A model generated the notes under the pieces. It saw nothing but the letters and a program-made list of their open reading frames with translations. It was not told the DNA's origin and did not search any database. From positions 6,378 to 70,377 of the forward strand of contig JAGNLA010000009.1 in NCBI GenBank assembly GCA_017999835.1: a stretch of DNA of 64,000 nt, read 5' to 3'. The first letter of the stretch is position 1. Each line of letters begins with the position of its first letter. The stretch comes from Caldisericia bacterium (GTDB lineage Bacteria > Caldisericota > Caldisericia > JAAYUI01). Made by a program: the position numbers and the translations under genes. This document shows positions 29,285-41,000 of the stretch, piece after piece.

Positions 29285-31289
29285 TGTATGCCTCCTCGGT
29301 GCCGAGTGATTCATCAATGTTATCGCCTTTTGAGGTGGAAAGACACATCAGCTCGCTTCCAGTCAGATACTGTGGCAATCTCATGCCAATGCTGATTACA
29401 TACTTGTATTTGCCAGAAACGACTTGTTTGACCGGTGACTTAAAAATCAGTCTTGTGCCTTCGACTTTTGCATTTTCAACCTTAGCCTTGTCAACCGTAA
29501 TCCATTTCCTGTCCAATGATTTTGGCAGAATGAAACTTTGAGGAAACTGCAATGAAATCTCATCACCCAGGTCAAGATTACCAAAGGATGATGGCTGAAA
29601 ATCAAAAGTGACGTTGGCATAAGTATTGGGCTTTTTTGACGACATGACCAGATTCCCAATCCTGGCCTTGGCTGGCTGAATGTAGATGTCATCAAACGAA
29701 TATCTATCCGAGCCAATCTCAAGCTTTACCAAGTAAAAACCAACCGATGGATTAACGATGGCGCAATTTTGGAGAAGGGCGACAACCAGCTTGTTTTTGA
29801 TGTCTGAAGGTGCAGACATCTCAATGGTGTTACCCGAAATTTTTGGGTTAGTAGCAGGATGCACGCCGTTTATCAGAATGTCGTTGTTGGTGATTTTTTC
29901 GCCATGTGCAAAAGCCTCAGGCAAAATTATTTTGAGTGGCGTTTGAGGAGGATAAGTTTTGCCATTATCAAGCAAAAGCCTTATGCTAATGGTGCTTTCA
30001 CGGTATTCCTCAGGAGGTTGAATGGCTAAACTCGTTTCTTTCAGTTTCAGCAGCGCCTGGGATTTCACAAAATTTGGCTCGGAGGAAGTAGAAACCTCCA
30101 CAAAACAATCCTTCTCGTCCGGATTGTAGGTTGTGTGAGTAAAAATGTCAAAAACAACATCGACTTTTGAAGAATTGTTGACATCCACAGGTGAAACAAG
30201 TTTTACAACGGTCTGACCATCAATTTTTGTAATCTCTGGATCAGATTCTAGCCTTGTCCCGTTCACCTTTATTAGGCGTTTTGAGAACTTTGGGGATATT
30301 GAAAATTGCTCTGGCAACTTGACGAAAATGGTTGAATATTTGTTGTCCAGTGCTCCGCCTTCACCTGTCCGAAACGAGACCGTGAAAGGATTTTTAGTGG
30401 AAAAACCAAATTCTGTTGCGTTGCAAACAACATTGCTGACATCCGAGCACGGCAGGATGAATGATTCGGACTCAACTGGAACAGGTTCAGGCCTGGTTGC
30501 AACAGCTACACGGTAACGTCCGGGAGTGGCAGGAAAAACAATCCCAATATCTTTTGTCACATTGACATCAGCCACGTTATAGCCTTTCCTCCAGGGCTCG
30601 AGTTCAAAAGGATTGTTTACGGAAATTGATCTTTCTTTGCAATTGCTGTTAATATGATAGTTGATGGTTAAGCAAGCACATGGATAGCCAATATTGATGT
30701 GATACCTAATCTTTTTCATGAATTCTATTCTTTTTTCTACATCCCGAGGCAAGGCAGGCAAAACCGTTCCAAGCATCCAATATCCCAATCCTGATGAGTC
30801 TGATATTAACTTTGGACTTGAAGAATCAAGGTGACATGCATCGCGATTATCCGATTTCTCATCTTCAAGATCTATGAAACTGACTTCATGCATATGTTCT
30901 CCTGAAGCACGGTACAACTTACCAATCTCTTTTTCTGGTGAATCTGGGTATTTTTCAAAATAGGCTTTGTTGGGGACAAACCTTGGCGATTCAAGACCAC
31001 CAGTAATTTTTGGCAAGCCATCGCAGAAGTTTTTCTCCAGCTGTTCCTTAGTTTGATAAGACATGTTTTCGTCCAAAGGCAGCCAAACCTTAACCCAATC
31101 GTGAATTTTTATGTTTTTTGTGTACACAAAGCTAACCACGAAATTGTTGGCTGCATTCACCCTTGAAGAGCCAATGGTTTTATACCATCTGCCAAAATCA
31201 AGCTTCACCGGCCCAACAGTGGCCCTTCCCAAAGTTTGACTCCACAGAATAATCACCAGCGCAAGAGAAATGAGTACAATTCTATTCAT
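29268..31289 (-). CDS. Secreted array member 3 (673 aa, no stalk domain)
   Basis: Signal peptide, TVGPV, NIKIHDWVKVWLP, FCDGLPKI, SSGLGYWMLGT and PATPGRYRVAVAT.PEPVPVESESFILPCSD. Ends after the third repeat. Confidence 0.82.
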   Translation of the reverse strand: MNRIVLISLALVIILWSQTLGRATVGPVKLDFGRWYKTIGSSRVNAANNFVVSFVYTKNIKIHDWVKVWLPLDENMSYQTKEQLEKNFCDGLPKITGGLESPRFVPNKAYFEKYPDSPEKEIGKLYRASGEHMHEVSFIDLEDEKSDNRDACHLDSSSPKLISDSSGLGYWMLGTVLPALPRDVEKRIEFMKKIRYHINIGYPCACLTINYHINSNCKERSISVNNPFELEPWRKGYNVADVNVTKDIGIVFPATPGRYRVAVATRPEPVPVESESFILPCSDVSNVVCNATEFGFSTKNPFTVSFRTGEGGALDNKYSTIFVKLPEQFSISPKFSKRLIKVNGTRLESDPEITKIDGQTVVKLVSPVDVNNSSKVDVVFDIFTHTTYNPDEKDCFVEVSTSSEPNFVKSQALLKLKETSLAIQPPEEYRESTISIRLLLDNGKTYPPQTPLKIILPEAFAHGEKITNNDILINGVHPATNPKISGNTIEMSAPSDIKNKLVVALLQNCAIVNPSVGFYLVKLEIGSDRYSFDDIYIQPAKARIGNLVMSSKKPNTYANVTFDFQPSSFGNLDLGDEISLQFPQSFILPKSLDRKWITVDKAKVENAKVEGTRLIFKSPVKQVVSGKYKYVISIGMRLPQYLTGSELMCLSTSKGDNIDESLGTEEAYSEDDN

Positions 31290-31301
31290 AAAAAACTCCC
31301 C

Positions 31302-34300
31302 CTATTTTGAGTACTTCAACGTTATTTGTTTTGTTCCTGAATCAAAACTTACTATCGTGCCAAGGTTTTCAGCCACAAACCTCAAAGGAACCATCGTCGT
31401 TCCATTGATTGCGACAAGACAAATCGAATCATTCTTTCCGATTTTCACCTGCTTGCCATTTACCAATGCGGTGCTTTTGCCCAGCCACATAATGATTGTG
31501 TTGATGATTTCATCGCCATTGCGCTGGAGAATTGTGACTGACTTGTCAATTTGGTTCCACTCAACGCTGCAACCAAGGAAAGGCGCCAAAGGCTTGAACG
31601 GAACAAATGTTGTGCCATTAAGTGCTTTCAACTTCACATCCTTGAATGTGGCTGTTGGCGCACAAACAAGCTTTGGCTGTTTTTCAAAGTTCACATCCCA
31701 TGAAGGTTTGTCGAGAGTGAGATTGATTGTGTTTGTACTTGTTGAGGCAAAGACAATTTCTTTGGTTGTGGTGTTACCTGCAAAGTCGGTTACTTTCAAA
31801 ACAATCCTGTTTTTGCCTTGCACGACAGAATACATTGTGTAGAAAATCGAGGTTTTCCCATCGTTTGACTCCTCGGGTATAACTTTATTATTGCAATAGG
31901 CGTACATACCACGCTCAGTTTTGAATGACACTTTCACAAGGTCACCTGGAAAACATTTGTATGATTGAGGACAAGAAACCATTTCGATTTGTGGTGGGGT
32001 TGTGTCGAGAATTATTTTCAAGTGCCTGATTGTTTCGTTGCATGCCAGGCTCCTGGCAACAACTTCAACTTTGTTTAATCCAAGGTTAAGTGGGAGTTTA
32101 TAGGAATAATTCAAATCTCGTTTGTCAAATTCGGTTTTTTTAACCAAACCGCCTTCAAAAACACGTTCTTCATTTCCATTAAACCTTACAAAAACAGAGT
32201 CAATCAGCACATACGACTGTTCGTCGCCAAAATAGGAAACAATCCTTGCCTCTGCCTGGCCAGACAAGATTTTTATTGGCTGATTTGTTATTGTAGAGGA
32301 TCTGTTGGAAAGACGAATATATGGTCTGTCAGTATCCAGAAACAAATCTTGAGATTTTGGCTCTTCTTTGTCACCATTAAAAGACGAACTCCAGCCAATG
32401 TTTATAACCTCGCATTCAGGCATAAGATTGAACGCTCCATCAAACAGCTTTGCCTTGTCCAGCTGCCCGTTGTACCAAAAGAAAATATCCGCCTCAGGAT
32501 TGAGACATTCAAAAGATATTGTTGGTGGATATCCATACCACCCACTTTCGCAGGGATTTGGCTGCTGATTGTTGACAATCAGTTTTGTCACAAGCGGCGC
32601 AGGAATCAGCGTCAGTTTGTCAGAAATAGCCTGTATCCCATCCCTTGTTCTGACTTTGATGAAATAGTCGTCTTTTTCACGTGGGTTTGTCACAAAACAC
32701 TTAAGCTGAACCCTTGCCGGTTTCCAAAAATCAATAACTCTGGTTAAGGTTATCCAGATTGTTCGATCCTCTGTTCGAACTGATTTTGCTTTAGCACTGT
32801 CAATACTAACTTCCTCTGCCAAAACCTGATAGGGGAGAGTTGAACCTTTTGGAAACTCGACACCGATTTCTTCTCCTGATTTTATTGGTTTTTGCGATGA
32901 TGGCCTAAAGATGAACGAAACCTCGGTAGACATTGCAGCTTGCTGTTTTGAAAGCTCAAGTTGATAAATGTGCGACTTTGAGGCGAATATGTCAAACGGT
33001 TCGCTGTCGATATCATCATCTCCAACTTTTACTTCGAAATCGTAAATGCCAGTCTGAGGACTGACAATTCCGGCCTTGCTTGAGATCGAAACAATGCATT
33101 TCTTTGAAAGTTCAAATTGGGATTTCAATGTGATTGTTCTTTTTTCTTTGTCGATTACAACATCAGAATCGAGACCGTTGACTTGGAAACAACCTAGCTT
33201 GGGTTTGTCCGGGAGAACAAATCCATTGTCAAAAGTAATTTCTATCTCGGTTTTTTGCTGATAAACCTTCCCGTCTCTTAGAGGTAGAGTCAAGAATATA
33301 TCGGCGTTTGCATACTCTTCGGCTGGATACAAAACCATTCTGGCTGTTTTAGAATCCTCAACTTCTTCGGCTTTGATGAAGTTGCCTTCAGAGCTTGTTG
33401 AAACCATTATCTCGTTATTGTTTCTTTCCAGAATGGAGAAGAAGCTTGGGTTGGAAAGAAAATCCACCTTCACTTTTCCAAAATTATCAACATCGACAGG
33501 CGATGTTATCTCCAATATTTGTTGACCATCACTGGTGTTGGTAGTTTTTGCCTGCTTGACGACAACGTCATTGACGAGAATATTCTTAAATGGGACACTT
33601 GTCATGCTAAAACCTTTTGGCAGTTTCAGCTTTATTGTCGACATCCCCTTGTCCAAAGCCCCGCCTTCACTTGTCATAAAACTGACTGAAAAAACCGTAA
33701 ACTGCTTTCTGATTGGGAATTGTTCAAAAGTAACATCAGATATATCCGAGCAAGGCAAAATGAACGATTCAGACTCGACTGGCTCAGGTTCGGGTTCTGT
33801 TGCCACAGAAACCCTGTATCGGCCAGGGGTTGCGGGTGCAACAATGCCTGTATATGAAGAAGTGTTCAAATCAATCGAGTTATAGCCTTTCCTCCAAGCT
33901 TCAACCTCTAGCGGTGCAATAAAATTCAGCATTCTTTGAGTACAGGTGCTTGTCATCGAGAATGGCTGACAATCACAGGGGTTGTAACCGATTGAAATTG
34001 ACATGCCAATCCTCCGGCTCCATTCTTTTCTTTCTGTGTCGTCCACAGGTATTGCCGGCATCACTGTTCCAAGCATCCAACAGCCCAAACCTGAAGGATC
34101 TTTTACTATTCTCCGTTTGTTGTCTTTCTCGCCACAAACATCACTCCAGTCGGCAGCACCTGACGGTTCGGGGTTGTCGTAAAGAATCCCAGGTTTGTTA
34201 TACTCAGCTACTGTAAAAAGTTGTCTTTTTGTTGCCAATTTCGAATTGGGATATTTCTCGAAAAACTTCTTGTTTGGCAGAAATCTTGGATTATCGATGT

Positions 34301-34589
34301 TTTCATCAATTTTTGGTAAACCATCACAGATGTTTTTGAGCAAATCCTCAGGATTGGCGTATTCAACCGCTTCAGACGACGGAAACCAAACCTTTATCCA
34401 GTCATGAATTTTGATGTTTACATTATAACGCATATAAACCTTGAAGCTTGTCACCTGGTTTGCTCTGGCATGGGAATATTTTGGCTTTATCATATTCAGC
34501 TCAACTCTGACCGGGCCAACTGTTGCCATCGCAGGAATGGCTGATATTGTCATTGCAACAAGAATCGCAACCGCCAAAAGTTTCCGCAT
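31302..34589 (-). CDS. Secreted array member 4 (1095 aa, with stalk domain)
   Basis: Signal peptide, family N-terminal motifs, repeats, Ig-like domains and stalk motifs TFVPFKPL and TTMVPLRFVAENLG. Confidence 0.85.
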   Translation of the reverse strand: MRKLLAVAILVAMTISAIPAMATVGPVRVELNMIKPKYSHARANQVTSFKVYMRYNVNIKIHDWIKVWFPSSEAVEYANPEDLLKNICDGLPKIDENIDNPRFLPNKKFFEKYPNSKLATKRQLFTVAEYNKPGILYDNPEPSGAADWSDVCGEKDNKRRIVKDPSGLGCWMLGTVMPAIPVDDTERKEWSRRIGMSISIGYNPCDCQPFSMTSTCTQRMLNFIAPLEVEAWRKGYNSIDLNTSSYTGIVAPATPGRYRVSVATEPEPEPVESESFILPCSDISDVTFEQFPIRKQFTVFSVSFMTSEGGALDKGMSTIKLKLPKGFSMTSVPFKNILVNDVVVKQAKTTNTSDGQQILEITSPVDVDNFGKVKVDFLSNPSFFSILERNNNEIMVSTSSEGNFIKAEEVEDSKTARMVLYPAEEYANADIFLTLPLRDGKVYQQKTEIEITFDNGFVLPDKPKLGCFQVNGLDSDVVIDKEKRTITLKSQFELSKKCIVSISSKAGIVSPQTGIYDFEVKVGDDDIDSEPFDIFASKSHIYQLELSKQQAAMSTEVSFIFRPSSQKPIKSGEEIGVEFPKGSTLPYQVLAEEVSIDSAKAKSVRTEDRTIWITLTRVIDFWKPARVQLKCFVTNPREKDDYFIKVRTRDGIQAISDKLTLIPAPLVTKLIVNNQQPNPCESGWYGYPPTISFECLNPEADIFFWYNGQLDKAKLFDGAFNLMPECEVINIGWSSSFNGDKEEPKSQDLFLDTDRPYIRLSNRSSTITNQPIKILSGQAEARIVSYFGDEQSYVLIDSVFVRFNGNEERVFEGGLVKKTEFDKRDLNYSYKLPLNLGLNKVEVVARSLACNETIRHLKIILDTTPPQIEMVSCPQSYKCFPGDLVKVSFKTERGMYAYCNNKVIPEESNDGKTSIFYTMYSVVQGKNRIVLKVTDFAGNTTTKEIVFASTSTNTINLTLDKPSWDVNFEKQPKLVCAPTATFKDVKLKALNGTTFVPFKPLAPFLGCSVEWNQIDKSVTILQRNGDEIINTIIMWLGKSTALVNGKQVKIGKNDSICLVAINGTTMVPLRFVAENLGTIVSFDSGTKQITLKYSK

Positions 34590-34593
34590 GATT

Positions 34594-34727
34594 CCCCCCT
34601 ATTTTGGATAAGTCAGCGTTATCTGTTTGGTTTTGGCATCGAAGACGACACTGGCGCCGAGGTTTTCAGCCACAAACCTGAGCGGAAGCATGGTTTTGCC
34701 GTTTATTGACACTGGATAAAGCGTTCC
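34594..34727. repeat. 134-bp near-identical direct repeat, copy 1 (3' end of member 5)
   Basis: Matches 37898..38031 at 133 of 134 positions by manual comparison. Confidence 0.9.
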
Positions 34728-37700
34728 CTTTGGGTCGATGTTGACGGTTTTCCCATCGATCTTAGCTTTTGTTTTTTCAAGCCAAAGCTCGATGATTTTC
34801 TTCTCATTGTTTCTCAATTTTTGTTCTAGAGTAACTTTCTTTTCTTTTACATCCCAGAAAACAAGGCTGTCAAAGAAAGGTACCAATTGCGCAACCGGCA
34901 TGTATGTGCTACCGTTCAAATCCTTATATCTGCTGTCTTTGAAAGTTGCAGTTGGAGGAACTGCAAGTGGTGTCTGGACTTTGCCATTGACCATCCATTC
35001 TTTTTTGTCGAGTGTCAGGACGATGATGGTTTTCTTTGGCTTTGCTACAATTTTGTAGCTGAGGCTGCGATTGTTACCAGACTGGTCGGTCACGGCAATG
35101 CTAACAATATTGTCGCCTTCGACAAGACTTATGTTGGCAGAGAAAACCCCAACTCCATCTTCTGACGAAATGATCTCGGCAGACATTCCGTTTATCTGCA
35201 CAGTCGCGCTTGCCTCAGTTCTGATAAGAACATTGACATTGTCGCCATCAATAAATATTTCATCATTTTTTGGGCTCACCATTTCAGCTTTTGGCGGTTG
35301 TGTGTCTAGTGTTATCTTCTTTTTCACCACTGTTTCGTTGCATGCCTGGTCGCGGCCTATTATTTCAACAATGTTTTCTCCTTCATTCAGTTGGATGACA
35401 TGGTCGAATTTGTATTTTATTGAGCCTGAATTTTTTGTTTCATATATTTGGCCTTCCAGCAACAAGGTTTCTTTACCATTGAATTTTACAAAGATTGAAT
35501 CGGTTGCCTGATACTTATTATTGTCCCCATCGGTAAGCATTTCGGTAAAACCGCGTTCGCCTTCAATTTTATAGTTTTTATGGTTTGTCATCTCACCTGT
35601 TTTAGGTTTTGTCACTCTTACCGACGGCGGCATGGTATCCAGATTGAAATCATAAGCCCTTGGCTCCTCTTTTACTCCATTAAACTCTGCCTGCCAGGTT
35701 ATGACTGTTCTCATGGAACCTGGGTTGAGCCTTGATTCGCCACCGTAGATAACGGCTTTGTCTGGCTGGTTATTAAACCAGAATGTTATTTTTGCTTCTG
35801 GGTTCAGACAGTCAAAACCTAGAATTGGTGGTTTGTTGAACCAATCACCACAGTTTGGCTTGTCCGGGTCCAAAAAGTATATCCAAGATTTGAGTGGGGC
35901 TGGTTCGAGGACATATTCTTCAGAAACCATCGGCTCAGCCTTGCCAATGATAACTTTGAGAGTATATGAACCGTGTTTTCTAGGATTTTTTATGCCAATG
36001 TCGATGGAAACATCAACTGGTTTGGCTGATGTAATCTCAACTGGAGTCGCAATAGTCAGCGTTGTTGAGTCAGCCTTGGCCGAAATGGTTTTCTTCCGAT
36101 TGACGGTTATATCTGCGATATCAAAGCTTTTTGGCAAGACCGTCCCCTGAGGAAACTCCACCATGAAAGTATCGCCAACTGACAACGGGGTTTGCGAAGG
36201 AGCCACTAAACTGAAGAAATATTTGGACTCTACACTCCCCTGGTAGTCTGACAATTCGAGAAGCGTTATTAAACCAACTGATGGCTTTATCTCAAACTCT
36301 CCGCAACCGTAGCTGCCAGAAGGAGTAGTCAACGTTATGGAGTGTGTGCCAGCTTTTGGGTTTCTGATTCCAGCATTTTTGTTAATTGTGATCTGGACAT
36401 AGTACTGGATGTTTGCCGGTATCGTGATTTTCAAAGAGTTGCCGTCAATATCTATGTGTTTTGCCCTCAAACCTGAAACATAGACGTTACCAGGTTCCAT
36501 TGTTTTTGGGAACTTGAAACCTTCAGAAAAATTCAAGCTTATGACCGATCCGGCTTTCAAAATTTCGCCATCCGGAAGAATCGCTCTGCAAAAAATGGAT
36601 GAATACTTGTATTCGTGATCAGGGGTCACAACGGCCAATGGCGTGGAACCAAGTGCCACCGGTTTTGAACTGATGTAGTTAGGCTCAGAAGTGGTTGAAA
36701 CTTCTATCGATATTGGTTTTTTTGAAGGTATGACTCTGATGTTTGTTGAGCTCGAAAACTCAATCGAGGTCTGACCAAAGTTCGCCACGTCCGTCGGAAC
36801 AATTATCTTGATTACCGTTCCGTCTGCGCTTTTCTCGACTTTGGGTGATGAACTGACGAAAGCGCCGTTGAACTTTATCGATTTTTCTGGAAACTTGTCC
36901 GGAGCGAATATGCCAGGCGGGAACTTGATATTGACCACTGACGATCCGCCGTCCAGCGCTCCACCCTCGCCAACTTTGAAGCTAACATTCAATATTGTCT
37001 CGGCATTATTGTTTGGATAATCCTGAAGCACAACATCGGACACATCAGAGCAAGGAAGCACGAAGGCTTCCGACTCCACAGGTACAGGTTCAGGTTCGGT
37101 GGCAACGGCTAGCCTGTACCTGCCAGGAGTAGCCGGGGCGATGATGCCGGTGGTTTTGGAAGTGTTGAAATCGATTGAGTTGTAGCCTTTTCGCCAAGCC
37201 TCTAATTCTACTTCTTCAAAATATGTCAATGTTGCTTGTTTGCAGCTATTCTCAAGCAATACATATTCACAACCACAGGAGCTGTAACCAAGCAACACTG
37301 AACGGTAGACAGTTCTCATCCTTTTGCTTCTTTGATCCTTGTCATAAGGCATTGGTGGAAATATTGTTCCCAACATCCAACAGCCTAGACCAGACGGATC
37401 CTTGACCAATCTGAGATTTTTGGTATCTCCTCCACAAACATCATGCCAATCTTTGACATTATCCAAATCTGGTAATTTGAAGAATTCAGCATTACTGTAG
37501 TAGTCAAGAATCTTGTAAAACGTGCTGTAATCTTTGAGTTCTGAGTTTTCATATTTTTTAAAATACTTTTCATTTGGCACAAATCTGGGGTGTTCCCTCA
37601 CACCGGTTATTGGAGGCAGACCATCACATATCTGCCTGATAACCTCTTCCGGGTTGTCCGACTGGATGCTTTCATAAATCGGAAACCAGACTTTTAGCCA

Positions 37701-37889
37701 ATTATGAGCCTTTATATTGACATCGTATCGTATATATATCTTGAACGCTGTAAGGGAGTTCGCCCTTGCTGCTGAAAGCCTCGGTTTTATCATGTTCAGT
37801 TCTACATGTATTGGCCCAAGTACGGCAAAGGTTGCCGCCGTGTTCCCAAAAACAATCACCAACACCAGCAATAGTAATATTTTCTTCAT
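34599..37889 (-). CDS. Secreted array member 5 (1096 aa, with stalk domain)
   Basis: Same architecture as members 1, 4 and 6; ends KTMLPLRFVAENLGASVVFDAKTKQITLTYPK. Confidence 0.85.
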   Translation of the reverse strand: MKKILLLLVLVIVFGNTAATFAVLGPIHVELNMIKPRLSAARANSLTAFKIYIRYDVNIKAHNWLKVWFPIYESIQSDNPEEVIRQICDGLPPITGVREHPRFVPNEKYFKKYENSELKDYSTFYKILDYYSNAEFFKLPDLDNVKDWHDVCGGDTKNLRLVKDPSGLGCWMLGTIFPPMPYDKDQRSKRMRTVYRSVLLGYSSCGCEYVLLENSCKQATLTYFEEVELEAWRKGYNSIDFNTSKTTGIIAPATPGRYRLAVATEPEPVPVESEAFVLPCSDVSDVVLQDYPNNNAETILNVSFKVGEGGALDGGSSVVNIKFPPGIFAPDKFPEKSIKFNGAFVSSSPKVEKSADGTVIKIIVPTDVANFGQTSIEFSSSTNIRVIPSKKPISIEVSTTSEPNYISSKPVALGSTPLAVVTPDHEYKYSSIFCRAILPDGEILKAGSVISLNFSEGFKFPKTMEPGNVYVSGLRAKHIDIDGNSLKITIPANIQYYVQITINKNAGIRNPKAGTHSITLTTPSGSYGCGEFEIKPSVGLITLLELSDYQGSVESKYFFSLVAPSQTPLSVGDTFMVEFPQGTVLPKSFDIADITVNRKKTISAKADSTTLTIATPVEITSAKPVDVSIDIGIKNPRKHGSYTLKVIIGKAEPMVSEEYVLEPAPLKSWIYFLDPDKPNCGDWFNKPPILGFDCLNPEAKITFWFNNQPDKAVIYGGESRLNPGSMRTVITWQAEFNGVKEEPRAYDFNLDTMPPSVRVTKPKTGEMTNHKNYKIEGERGFTEMLTDGDNNKYQATDSIFVKFNGKETLLLEGQIYETKNSGSIKYKFDHVIQLNEGENIVEIIGRDQACNETVVKKKITLDTQPPKAEMVSPKNDEIFIDGDNVNVLIRTEASATVQINGMSAEIISSEDGVGVFSANISLVEGDNIVSIAVTDQSGNNRSLSYKIVAKPKKTIIVLTLDKKEWMVNGKVQTPLAVPPTATFKDSRYKDLNGSTYMPVAQLVPFFDSLVFWDVKEKKVTLEQKLRNNEKKIIELWLEKTKAKIDGKTVNIDPKGTLYPVSINGKTMLPLRFVAENLGASVVFDAKTKQITLTYPK

Positions 37890-37897
37890 ACTCTCAG

Positions 37898-38031
37898 CCC
37901 CCCTATTTTGGATAAGTCAGCGTTATCTGTTTGGTTTTGGCATCGAAGACAACACTGGCGCCGAGGTTTTCAGCCACAAACCTGAGCGGAAGCATGGTTT
38001 TGCCGTTTATTGACACTGGATAAAGCGTTCC
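37898..38031. repeat. 134-bp near-identical direct repeat, copy 2 (3' end of member 6)
   Basis: Matches 34594..34727; the single difference is gacGac versus gacAac. Confidence 0.9.
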
Positions 38032-41000
38032 TTTGGCGTTGTACTTGACCTCCTTGCCGTCAATCCTGGCAACCGTTTTGTTGAGCCAGCATTCAATGAC
38101 TTTGGCGTTGCCATTTGGAAGATGCTGATTGAGTATCATCTTCTTTTCCTTTGCGTCCCATTCAGTTGTGCAGTTAAGAAGATCTGCGATATCCCTAATT
38201 GGCATATAGGTTGTGCCATTTAGGGCTTTGTGCCTTAGATCAGTGAACTTGCTGGTTGGAGGTGTCGTTAATGGGTACTGAGCCGCACCGTTGACTGTCC
38301 ATTCTTTTTTGTCGAGTGTCAGAACTATGACGGTTTTCTTTGGCTTGGCTGTGATTACCAGGTTCATGGATGTGGTGTTGCCACACACGTCTTTTGCGCT
38401 GACTACAAAAATGTTTTTTCCGGCATCGAGTGTGACGTTGGCAGAAAATATTCCAGTATCGCCTTCGGTAGACTCAATTACTGCCAATGTTTTGTCGATA
38501 TAGACCATTGCGTTTGCTTCGGTTTTCACCCTTATTGTAGTTGAATCGCCTTCGGTAAAAACCTCATTCTCTTTTGGACTGAGGACTTCAAACCTTGGCG
38601 GTTCGGTGTCTAGCGTGATGACTCTTTTTATTATCGTTTCGTTGCAAGCCTGGTCACGTGCAATCACCTCGATTACGTTTGGACCTTCCTTGAGAGTGAT
38701 GGTATGCTGAAATTTATACTCGATTGAATCTTGATCTTTGGTCTCGTAGATTTCACCTTGCAGAAGCTGGGTTTCCTTACCTTCAAACCTTACAAACACT
38801 GAATCGGTTACCTGGTACTTCTCATTGTCGCCATCGGTGAGCATTTCGGTAAAACCGCGTTCGCCAGAAACAAAAAAAGAACTTGAGGATGTGCTGGCAT
38901 TCGATTTTGGGTAATTCAATGTCAATGGCGGAGTGACAGTGTCAATGTTCAAATTGTAGGTTTGTGGCTCTTCCTTAACACCGTTGAACTCTGCTTGCCA
39001 TGTGATTTTTGCTCTCTGAGAGCCTGGCATGAGTCTGGCTTCTCCACCGTAGGTTACAGATTTGTCTGGCTGGTTATTAAACCAGAATGTTATTTTTGCA
39101 TCAGGATTCAGGCAGTCAAAACCTAGAATTGGTGGCTTGTTGAACCAGTCACCACAGTTTGGTTTGTCCGGGTCTAAAAAGTATATCCAAGATTTGAGTG
39201 GTGCTGGCTCGAGAACGTATTCTTCAGAAACCATCGGCTCTCCCTGGTCAACATAAACTTTCAAATTGTACGAACCGTGTTTTCTTGGATTTTGTATGCC
39301 GATGTCGATGGAAACATCGGCCGGTTTGATGGAAGTAATTTCGATTGGTGTGGCAATGGCAAGCGTTGTTCCATTAACGCCTGTCGATATTGCGGTTTTG
39401 CCGCCAACTGTCACCTTGGCAAGATCAAAATCCCTTGGTAAAATCGTTCCTTCCGGGAACTCCACCCTGAAAATGTCGCCAACAGCCAGTTGAGCTTGAG
39501 ATGATGGGGTCAACTTGAACGAATACTTTGATTCCAAACTGCTTTGGTAGTTTGAGAGAACGAGGTTTGACACCAATCCCTTAGTCGGTATTATCTCGAT
39601 CTGACCACAATCATAAGTGTCTTTTGGAGTGGTTATCGAGAATGAATACGTGCCAGCTTTGGGGTTTGTGACCCCGGCCTGGGCGCGCACGGTTATGGCG
39701 ATAAAATATTCAACATCTGTCGGGAGCGTGATTTTGAAGGTGTTTCTCTCAACGGCGAGGGCTTTTGTCGGTACGCCCATAACACTGACGTTTGCAGGTA
39801 TGATGCTTGCTGGAAGCTTGAAACCTTCAGGAAAATTCAGCTTTATGTCTGTTCCGACTTTCAGCTTTTCTCCATCAGGCAGAGGGGTCCTACAGGAGAT
39901 GAAGGAATTTTTGTATTCTTCGTTGGGAGTGACCACTGTCGTGGGGGTCGACGCAAGGGCAAGCGGGGCAGATTTGATGAAATTCGGTTCTGACGATGTT
40001 GAAACCTCAACAACCAACGGATCTCTTGTCAGCTTGCAGGCAATACCGGAATTGGAAAGAAACTCGATTTTTGCCTTGCCAAGGTTGTTTACATCGGTTG
40101 GGCAGACAATTGACATTTCAGCAAAACCTACGCTTTGCGTGATCTCAGGAGGGCTTTGTACAAATGCCCCGTTGATTTTGATTGATTTTGCTGCAAATCT
40201 CTTTGGAATGACAAATGTTGCCGGCAACTTGAGCATGATTGTTGAGCTACCGCCATCCAAGGCTCCGCCTTCTCCGGTTTTGAAGTTGACCGTCAAAGCA
40301 TTGCTGGAATTGTTCATGAGGTTGTCCTCAAGTGTGACATCTGAAACATCCGAGCATGGCAGGATGAAGGATTCCGACTCCACAGGCACGGGTTCAGGTG
40401 TCGTCGCCACAGCAAGCCTGTACCTACCAGGAGTCGCTGGACCGATGATGCCAGTGGTTTTTGATGTGTTAATGTCAATTGAGTTATATCCTTTTCTCCA
40501 AGCCTCGACTTCCAATGGGGTGTAAAGCAACAATGACCTTTCAATACAATTATTGATTACTCGAGGATAACCGGAGCAGATGCCACATGGCGAATACCCA
40601 ATTGACGTCGATGAGTCAAGAGACTCTAACGCCTTCTTCCTGTCTTTGTCATCAAATGGCATGGCTGGCATAATCGTTCCAAGCATCCAGAATCCTAATC
40701 CTGAAGGATCTTTAACAACCCTAGGTATTGATTTACCTATATTGCATATATCGCCCCAATTTGTCACATTTTCTGATGCTGGTATATTGTAGAATTCTCC
40801 ATATCCTTTCTCGCCAGTTATTGCATACATCTTTCCAGTTTTTTTTAATTCTAGATTGTCAAACTTTTTAAAATATTCTTCGTTTGGGACAAACCTTGGA
40901 TCGGATATCTTTTCATCGATTTTTTGAAATCCATCGCATATTTTACTTGCGATTTCTTCTGGATTGTCTGTTAAACCATTTTCATCTATAGGAAACCAAA

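Noticed and set aside
39617-40525. 302-aa plus-strand ORF and many other 60-190 aa ORFs opposite real genes (e.g. 22632-23231, 31270-31842)
   Set aside because: They are antisense shadows of well-supported genes, with no RBS or recognisable motifs.
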